Part shown: piece by piece, positions 1 to 8,000 of the stretch
Position numbering within the stretch: the stretch's first letter is position 1
Layout of the letters: every line of letters starts with the position of its first letter
Source: Eledone cirrhosa
Taxonomy: Eukaryota
Length of the DNA: 64,000 bases
Assembly: GCA_964016885.1 (NCBI GenBank)
Contig: CAXHJY010000366.1
Location: 1-64,000 of the forward strand
Direction: 5' to 3'
Program-made: the position numbers and the translations under genes
The notes under the pieces: model-generated
The model's input: only the letters and a program-made list of their open reading frames with translations
Told to the model about the DNA's origin: nothing
Database searches by the model: none

Positions 1-594
1 TTATTAGCCACAGGGGCAGAGATGTCCATAACATTACATGTCAGAATTATTAGCCACAGGGGCAGAGATGTCCATAACATTACATGACAGATTTATTAGC
101 CAAGGGGCAGAGATGTCCATAACATTACATGACAGATTTATTAGCCACAGGGGCAGAGATGTCCATAACATTACATGTCAGAATTATTAGCCACAGGGAC
201 AGAGATGTCCATAACATTACATGTCAGAATTATTAGCCACAGGGGCAGAGATGTCCATAACATTACATGTCAGAATTATTAGCCACAAGGGCAGAGATGT
301 CCATAACATTACATGTCAGAATTATTAGCCACAGGGGCAGAGATGTCCATAACATTACATGACAGAATTATTAGCCACAGGGGCAGAGATGTCCATAACA
401 TTACATGTCAGAATTATTAGACACAGGGGCAGAGATGTCCATAACATTACATGTCAGAATTATTAGCCACAGGGGTAGAGATGTCCATAACATTACACGA
501 CAGAATTATTAGCCACAGGGGTAGAGATGTCCATAACATTACATGACAATTATTAGCCCCAAGGGCAGATATGTCCATAACATTACATGACAGA

Positions 595-1290
595 GTTTCA
601 TCTCTCGCTCTCTCTCTTCCTCTCTCTCGTTTCATCTCGCTCTCTCTCGTTTCATCTCTGTCTTCCTCTCTCTCGTTCCATCTCTCTCGTTCCATCTCTC
701 TCTTCCTCTCTCTCGTTTCATTTCTATCTCCATCCTTTCATCTGTCTCTCTCACTCTCGTTTCATCTCGCGCTCTCTCTCTCACGTTTCATCTCGCTCTC
801 TCTCTCTCTCGTTTCATCTCTGTCTTCCTCTCTCTCATTCCATCTCTCTCTTCCTCTCTCTCTTCCTCTCTCTCTTCCTCTCTCTCTTCCTCTCTCTCTT
901 CCTCTCTCTCGTTTCATCTCTATCTCCCTCGTTTTATTCTCTCTCCCTCTCATTTCATCTCGCTCTCTCTCTCCTGTTTCATCCCGCTCTCTACTCTTGT
1001 TTCCTCTCTCTCGTTTCCTCTCTCTCGTTTCCTCTCTCTCTCGTTTCCTCTCTGTCTCGTTCCATCCCGCTCTCTCTCTTTCTCATTACATCTCGCTCTC
1101 TCTGTCTCGTTTCATCTCGCTCTCTCACTCTCTCGTTTCATCTCGCTTCTCTCACTCTCGCGTTTCATCTCGCTCTCCCTGTCTCATTCCATCTCGCTCT
1201 CTCTCTCTCTTCCTCTGTCTCTCTTGTTTCAACACTCTAATCCCTCACTTGTTTTATCTCTCTCTAATCCCTCACTTGTTTGATCTCTCT
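595..1290 (+). repeat. CT-rich polypyrimidine block, copy 1; degenerate (GTTTCATCTCGCTCTCTCTC)n
   Basis: Strongly pyrimidine-biased + strand with the recurring core GTTTCATCTC. It ends with AACACTCTAATCCCTCACTTGTTT (tail partly duplicated in this copy) and is flanked by CAGA at 591-594 and 1291-1294. Confidence 0.95.
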
Positions 1291-1567
1291 CAGAATTATT
1301 AGCCACAGGGGCAGAGATGTCCATATCATTACATGTCAGAATTATTAGCCACAGGGCAGAGATGTCCATAACATTACATGTCAGAATTATTAGCCACAGG
1401 GGCAGAGATGTCCATCACATTACATGACAGAATTATTAGCCACAGGGGTAGAGATGTCCATAACATTACATGACAGAATTATTAGCCACAGGGGCAGAGA
1501 TGTCCATAACATTACATGACAATTATTAGCCCCAAGGGCAGATATGTCCATAACATTACATGACAGA

Positions 1568-2036
1568 GTTTCATCTCGCGCTCTCTCTCTCTCTCTCTCG
1601 TTTCATCTCGCGCTCTCTTCCTCTCTCTCGTTTCATCTCGCTCTGTCTCTCTCTCTCGTTTCATCTCGCTCTCTCTCGTTTCATCTCTCTCTCTCTCTCT
1701 CATTTCAGCTCTATCTCCCTCGTTTCATCTGTCTCTCTCTCTGTCGTTTCATCCCCCTCTATCTCTCTCTCCCTCTCGTTTCATCTCGCTCTCTCTCTCT
1801 CCTGTTTCATCTCGCTCTCTACTCTCGTTTCCTCTCTCTTGTTTCCTCTCTCTCTCGTTTCATCTCTCTCTTCCTCCCGTTTCATCTCGCTCTCTCTCTC
1901 TCGTTTCATCTCGCTCACACTCTCTCGTTTCATCTCGCTCTCACTCTCTCGTTTCATCTCGCTCTCCCCGTCTCATTTCATCTCGCTCTCTCTCTCTTGT
2001 TTCAACACTCCAATCCCTCACTTGTTTCATCTCTCT
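1568..2036 (+). repeat. CT-rich polypyrimidine block, copy 2
   Basis: Same start (CAGA|GTTTCATCTC) and same tail (GTTTCAACACTCYAATCCCTCACTTGTTTCATCTCTCT|CAGA) as the other copies, with a shorter interior. Confidence 0.95.
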
Positions 2037-2268
2037 CAGAATTATTAGCCACAGGGGCAGAGATGACCATAACATTACATGTCAGAATTATTAGCCACAG
2101 GGGCAGAGATGTCCATAACATTACATGTCAGAATTATTAGCCACAGGGGCAGAGATGTCCATAACATTACATGTCAGAATTATTAGCCACAGGGGCAGAG
2201 ATGTCCATAACATTACATGACAATTATTAGCCCGAAGGGCAGATATGTGCATAACATTACATGACAGA

Positions 2269-2950
2269 GTTTCATCTCGCGCTCTCTCTCTTCCTCTCTC
2301 TCATTTCATCTCCCTCTCTCTCTCTCTCTCGTTTCATCTCGCGCTCTCTCGTTTCATCTCTGTCTTCCTCTCTCTCGTTCCATCTCTCTCTTCCTCTCTC
2401 TCGTTCCATCTCACTCTTCCTCTCTCTCGTTTCATCTCTATCTCTCTCTCTCGTTTCATCTCTATCTCTCTCTCTCGTTTCATCTGTCTCTCTCTCTGTC
2501 GTTTCATCTCCCTCTATCTCTCTCTCCCTCTCGTTTCATCTCGCTCTCTCTGTCCTGTTTCATCTCGCTCTCTCTCTCTCCTGTTTCATCTCGCTCTCTC
2601 TCTCTCTCCTGTTTCAACTCGCTCTCTACTCTCGTTTCCTCTCTCTCTCGTTTCATCTCTCTCTCCCTCCCGTTTCATCTCGCTCTCTCTCTCTCGTTTC
2701 ATCTCGCTCTCACTCTCTCAATTTCATCTCGCTCTCTCTCTCTCATTTCATCTCGCTCTCTCTCTCTCATTTCATCTCGCTCTCTCTCTCTCGTTTCATC
2801 TCGCTCTCACTCTCTCGTTTCATCTCGCTCTCACTCTCTCGTGTCATCTCGCTCTCCTTGTCTCGTTTCATCTCGCTCTCACTCTCTCATTTCATCTCGC
2901 TCTCTCTCTCTTGTTTCAACACTCTAATCCCTCACTTGTTTCATCTCTCT
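2269..2950 (+). repeat. CT-rich polypyrimidine block, copy 3
   Basis: Same boundaries and tail as copies 1 and 2; CAGA at 2265-2268 and 2951-2954. Confidence 0.95.
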
Positions 2951-3635
2951 CAGAATTATTAGCCACAGGGGCAGAGATGACCATAACATTACATGCCAGA
3001 ATTATTAGCCACAGGGGCAGAGATGTCCATAACATTACATGTCAGAATTATTAGCCACAGGGGCAGAGATGTCCATAACATCACATGTCAGAATTATTAG
3101 CCACAGGGGCAGAGATGTCCATAACATTACATGTCAGAATTATTAGCCACAGGGGCAGAGATGTCCATAACATTACATGACAGATTTATTAGCCAAGGGG
3201 CAGAGATGTCCATAACATTACATGACAGATTTATTAGCCACAGGGGCAGAGATGTCCATAACATTACATGTCAGAATTATTAGCCACAGGGACAGAGATG
3301 TCCATAACATTACATGTCAGAATTATTAGCCACAGGGGCAGAGATGTCCATAACATTACATGTCAGAATTATTAGCCACAGGGGCAGAGATGTCCATAAC
3401 ATTTCATGACAGATTTATTAGCCACAGGGGCAGAGATGTCCATAACATTACATGACAGATTTCTTAGCCACCGGGGCAGAGATGTCTATAACATTACAAG
3501 ACATAATTATTAGCCACAGGGGCAGAGATGTCCATAACATTACATGACAGAATTATTAGCCACAGGGGCAGAGATGTCCATAACATTACATGTCAGAATT
3601 ATTAGCCACAGGGGCAGATATGTCCATAACATTAC

Positions 3636-3765
3636 ATGTTATGGACATCTCTGCCCCTGTGGCTAATAATTCTGACATGTAATGTTATGGACATCTCTGC
3701 CCCTGTGGCTAATAATTCTGTCATGTAATGTTATGGATATCTCTGCCCCTGTGGCTAATAATTCT
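3636..3765 (-). repeat. About 2.8 inverted copies of the 46-bp minisatellite, forming the right arm of palindrome 3503-3765
   Basis: ATGTTATGGACATCTCTGCCCCTGTGGCTAATAATTCTGAC is the reverse complement of the 46-mer. The centre reads CCATAACAT-TAC-ATGTTATGG (3624-3644). Confidence 0.97.
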
Positions 3766-4015
3766 ATTCAAATCTGACTGACATGCATGGTATATATTTA
3801 TGTTTCTTTATACACCGTCACAATACACAGGAACTTATAAAGATATGTATATATTGTCCAGCAGTTTTGAGTTTAGTGGGAATTGTACAACTCTCAATTG
3901 GAGCTAGTCCCTGCAAGATCAGCATAAATAATGTTATACCTTTTCATGAAATCTTGCACACCCGATATTTTATACATGATTATTTAAAGGTGAACAAAAA
4001 CCAAAGAACATTGAG

Positions 4016-4090
4016 CAGCATTTCTCAACCTTTCTACCCATGTTGATCTCTTGAAATAGTTTTTATGTCTCAAGGAAGCCTTGCATAATA
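4016..4090 (+). mobile_element. Possible degenerate hAT (Charlie/Buster-like) transposon left end
   Basis: CAGCATTTCTCAACCTTT resembles hAT-Charlie terminal repeats (CAGTGTTTCTCAACCTT type). The downstream GGAAGCC resembles the GGAACCC subterminal motifs. No right end or target-site duplication was found. Confidence 0.4.
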
Positions 4091-4112
4091 TATACTTTTT
4101 CTATCTCTAGAG

Positions 4113-4200
4113 CAGTGGTTCCCAAATCGTGTGCTGTGAGATGAAACTAGATGAGCTGCAAAAGACTAAGATTAAGTTTTAAGATGTGAAAAATATAAAA
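4113..4200 (+). mobile_element. hAT-Charlie/Buster-like transposon left end, truncated; right boundary uncertain
   Basis: CAGTGGTTCCCAAA at 4113-4126 is a typical Charlie-type TIR. It is immediately preceded by CTCTAGAG (4105-4112), matching the Charlie target preference NTCTAGAN. No matching TTTGGGAACCACTG was seen in the window. Confidence 0.65.
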
Positions 4201-4230
4201 CTGAAATTTCATATAAAAGTTCAAATATAG

Positions 4231-4530
4231 CTACAGCCACAAACCTAGGCTCCACACCCCGCAACGCAGAGGAGAGTAAGATAGTACTGAGGCCTGACTC
4301 ACCTCTTCCACTCCATTGAGACCTCAGCCATACTTGGTCCCCCTACTGCTGATTTCCTCCATAAAGTCGGGAGGAAAGACGGCAGGAGCCTCGTGAGGAG
4401 GGGCGACTATTGTAGCAGGTGTCTCTGGCCTTGTTCCGAGGTAACGCTTTTACGTTTCTTCCACGTGTTGCGGCTGAGGGACCACTTAGACTGGGGTGAA
4501 GTGTCTGTCCCTCCCCCGACTTCTTACTTC
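4231..4530 (+). mobile_element. GC-richer island, possibly an LTR-retrotransposon remnant (PPT plus start of the 3' LTR)
   Basis: Abrupt GC increase relative to the AT-rich flanks. A purine run GAGGAGGGG (4395-4403) is followed a few bases later by TGTAGCAG (4411), the PPT/TG layout of Gypsy-type elements. No recognisable protein domain. Confidence 0.3.
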
Positions 4531-4695
4531 CTTTTTTTTCTCCTTTTCATTTTCTTTTCTCTTCTTGCTTATCTCTGCTATACCACGGCATCAAAAAGAT
4601 ATATGATATATGTATGTATGGTATAGGTGTATTTATATTTAGGATAGTTATCAAAGGTAAATAGACTGGTTGGAGTAATAACAGTCTTGTTTATG

Positions 4696-4736
4696 TATAT
4701 ACACACATATATACATATATATATATATATATATAT
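4696..4736. repeat. Compound (TA)/(CA) microsatellite ending in (AT)11
   Basis: Alternating TA/CA dinucleotides read directly; pure AT run at 4715-4736. Confidence 0.95.
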
Positions 4737-4759
4737 GTTTGTTCTTGTATTTCTATAGA

Positions 4760-5002
4760 AAAGGTAAAGAAAAGAAGAATGCTCTATGTATTGTACAGAG
4801 CTATTTAATTACATAATAAACAACAGAATATAATTATTCCATGCAAATAGACTTAGAATGGAAAACATTCAGACAGAGAAGAATGGATAATGAGCGTCAT
4901 AAGAGAAATTGGTCAACAATTAATATTAATGGAAATGTAGAAGAATTTCATATTAGTGATATGAATGTTTCGTGTGATCACTGTGAAGCTTTGAAGTTGA
5001 AG
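4760..5002 (+). pseudogene. Degenerate fragment resembling the N-terminal region of a Helitron RepHel protein (basic stretch plus M-x3-C-x2-C-x-A-L-K), truncated by the satellite
   Basis: ORF 4841-5023 reads RQRRMDNERHKRN...VEEFHISDMNVSCDHCEALKLK. This resembles from memory the Helitron motif (I/L)G-x-M-x3-C-x2-C-x-A-x-(K/H)-F...CC-x2-G-K-V. Two in-frame stops (TAA TAA, 4814-4819) lie upstream. An acceptor-like TTCTTGTATTTCTATAG ends at 4758. No database search was run. Confidence 0.55.
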
Positions 5003-5026
5003 TGGTGGTGGTGGTGGCAATGATAT

Positions 5027-5036
5027 ACCGGAAGTG
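5027..5036 (+). promoter_or_regulatory. Class I ETS consensus site ACCGGAAGTG (first of several hundred copies, one per A-type monomer); motif only, function unproven
   Basis: Exact match to the established ELK/GABPA/ETS1 class I consensus ACCGGAAGT(G). Confidence 0.4.
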
Positions 5037-8000
5037 TTGACATCACACTTTCTCTTTCTATATATATGGTAATTTAAGTGGTGTTGGCGGTGGGGGCAAT
5101 GATATACCGGAAGTGTTGACATCACACTCTCCCTTTCTATATATATGGTAGTAGAAGTGGTGGTGGTGGTGGTGGTGGCAATGATATACCGGAAGTGTTG
5201 ACATCACACTCTCTCTTTCCATATATATGGTAGTAGAAGTGGTGGTGGTGGTGGTGGTGGTGGCAATGCTATACCGGAAGTGTTGACATCACACTCTCTC
5301 TTTCTATATATATGGTAGTTGAAGTGGTGGTGGTGGTGGCAATGATATACCGGAGGTGTTGACATCACACTCTCCCTTTCTATATATATGGTAGTAGAAG
5401 TGGTGGTGGTGGTGGTGGTGGTGGCAATGCTATACCGGAAGTGTTGACATCACACTCTCTCTTTCTATATATATGGTAGTTGAAGTGGTGGTGGTGGTGG
5501 CAATGATATACCGGAGGTGTTGACATCACACTCTCCCTTTCTATATATATGGTAGTAGAAGTGGTGGTGGTGGTGGTGGTGGTGGCAATGCTATACCGGA
5601 AGTGTTGACATCACACTCTCTCTTTCTATATATATGGTAGTGGAAGTGGTGGTGGTGGTGGCAATGATATACCGGAGGTGTTGACATCACACTCTCTCTT
5701 TCTATATATATGGTAGTGGAAGTGGTGGTGGTGGTGGCAATGATATACCGGAGGTGTTGACATCACACTCTCTCTTTCTATATATATGGTAGTGGAAGAG
5801 GTGGTGGTGGTGGCAATGATATACCGGAGGTGTTGACATCACACTCTCTCTTTCTATATATATGGTAGTGGAAGTGGTGGTGGTGATGGCAATGATATAC
5901 CGGAAGTGTTGACATCACACTCTCTCTTTCTATATATATATGGTAGTAGAAGTGGTGGTGGTGGTGGCAATGATATACCGGAGGTGTTGACATCACACTC
6001 TCTCTTTCTATATATATATGGTAGTAGAAGTGGTGGTGGTGGTGGCAATGATATACCGGAAGTGTTGACATCACACTCTCTCTTTCTATATATATATGGT
6101 AGTAGAAGTGGTGGTGGTGGTGGCAATGATATACCGGAGGTGTTGACATCACACTCTCTCTTTCTATATATATATGGTAGTAGAAGTGGTGGTGGTGGTG
6201 GCAATGATATACCGGAAGTGTTGACATCACACTCTCTCTTTCTATATATATATGGTAGTAGAAGTGGTGGTGGTGGTGGCAATGATATACCGGAGGTGTT
6301 GACATCACACTCTCTCTTTCTATATATATGGTAGTGGAAGAGGTGGTGGTGGTGGCAATGATATACCGGAGGTGTTGACATCACACTCTCTCTTTCTATA
6401 TATATGGTAGTGGATGTGGTGGTGCTGGTGGTGGTGGCAATGATATACCGGAGGTGTTGACATCACACTCTCCCTTTCTATATATATGGTAGTTGAAGTG
6501 GTGGTGGTGGGGGCAATGATATACCGGAAGTGTTGACATCACACTCTCTCTTTCTATATATATGGTAGTAGAAGTGGTGGTGGTGGTGGTGGTGGCAACG
6601 ATATATCGGAGGTGTTGACATCACACTCTCTCTTTCTATATATATATGGTAGTGGATGTGGTGGTGCTGGTGGTGGTGGCAATGATATACCGGAGGTGTT
6701 GACATCACACTTTCCCTTTCTATATATATGGTAGTTGAAGTGGTGGTGGTGGTGGCAATGATATACCGGAAGTGTTGACATCACACTCTCTCTTTCTATA
6801 TATATATGGTAGTGGAAGTGATGGTGGTGGTGGTGGTGGCAATGATATACCGGAGGTGTTGACATCACACTCTCTCTTTCTATATATATGGTAGTTGAAG
6901 TGATGGTGGTGGTGGTGGTGGTGGCAATGATATACCGGAGGTGTTGCCATCACACTCTCTCTTTCTATATATATGGTAGTTGAAGTGGTGGTGGTGGTGG
7001 TGGTGGCAATGATATACCGGAGGTGTTGACATCACACTCTCTCTTTCTATATATATGGTAGTAGAAGTGGTGGTGGTGGTGGTGGCAATGATATACCGGA
7101 AGTGTTGACATCACACTCTCTCTTTCTATATATATGGTAGTGGAAGAGGTGGTGGTGGTGGCAATGCTATACCGGAAGTGTTGACATCACACTCTCTCTT
7201 TCTATATATATGGTAGTTGAAGTGGTGGTGGTGGTGGCAATGATATACCGGAAGTGTTGACATCACACTCTCTCTTTCTATATATATGGTAGTTGAAGTG
7301 GTGGTGGTGGTGGCAATGATATACCGGAGGTGTTGACATCACACTCTCTCTTTCTATATATATGGTAGTAGAAGTGGTGGTGGTGGTGGCAATGATATAC
7401 CGGAAGTGTTGACATCACACTCTCTCTTTCTATATATATGGTAGTTGAAGTGGTGGTGGTGGTGGCAATGATATACCGGAGGTGTTGACATCACACTCTC
7501 TCTTTCTATATATATGGTAGTGGAAGAGGTGGTGGTGGTGGCAATGCTATACCGGAAGTGTTGACATCACACTCTCTCTTTCTATATATATGGTAGTGGA
7601 AGTGGTGGTGGTGGTGGCAATGATATACCGGAAGTGTTGACATCACACTCTCTCTTTCTATATATATGGTAGTTGAAGTGGTGGTGTTGGTGGCAATGAT
7701 ATACCGGAAGTGTTGACATCACACTCTCTCTTTCTATATATATGGTAGTGGAAGTGGTGGTGGTGGTGGCAACGATATACCGGAGGTGTTGACATCACAC
7801 TCTCTCTCTTTCTATGTATATGGTAGTGGAAGTGGTGGTGGTGGTGGCAACGATATACCGGAGGTGTTGACATCACACTCTCCCTTTCTATATATATGGT
7901 AGTTGAAGTGGTGGTGGTGGCGGTGGGGGCAATGATATACCGGAAGTGTTGACATCACACTCTCCCTTTCTATATATATGGTAGTAGAAGTGGTGGTGGT

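Larger units (their letters stand above)
1..3639 (+). repeat. 46-bp minisatellite, consensus TTATTAGCCACAGGGGCAGAGATGTCCATAACATTACATG(T/A)CAGAA, in four sub-arrays (1-594, 1291-1567, 2037-2268, 2951-3639); open at the left window edge
   Basis: The unit is read directly: TTATTAGCC starts at 1 and again at 47. The sub-arrays hold about 13, 6, 5 and 15 near-identical copies, with occasional 1-2 bp indel variants. Confidence 0.98.

Noticed and set aside
447-3054. Ser/Leu-rich and Arg/Glu-rich ORFs up to 269 aa
   Set aside because: CT/GA low-complexity sequence lacks stop codons in several overlapping frames at once; no domain features.
3783-4046. 87-aa ORF
   Set aside because: No recognisable motif, a length expected by chance, and it overlaps a putative transposon end.
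4393-4626. 77-aa ORF with a hydrophobic stretch
   Set aside because: It begins at GTG and the apparent transmembrane segment derives from a T/C-rich low-complexity tract.
5037-5066. Bacterial sigma70-like promoter (TTGACA followed about 17 bp later by TATATA) in each monomer
   Set aside because: The resemblance is real, but the DNA is a eukaryotic-type satellite with no downstream gene. It is most likely coincidental and relevant at most to clone instability in E. coli.
6424-6431. Chi site GCTGGTGG in some monomers
   Set aside because: It is a one-base variant of (TGG)n, and Chi is specific to enterobacterial RecBCD.
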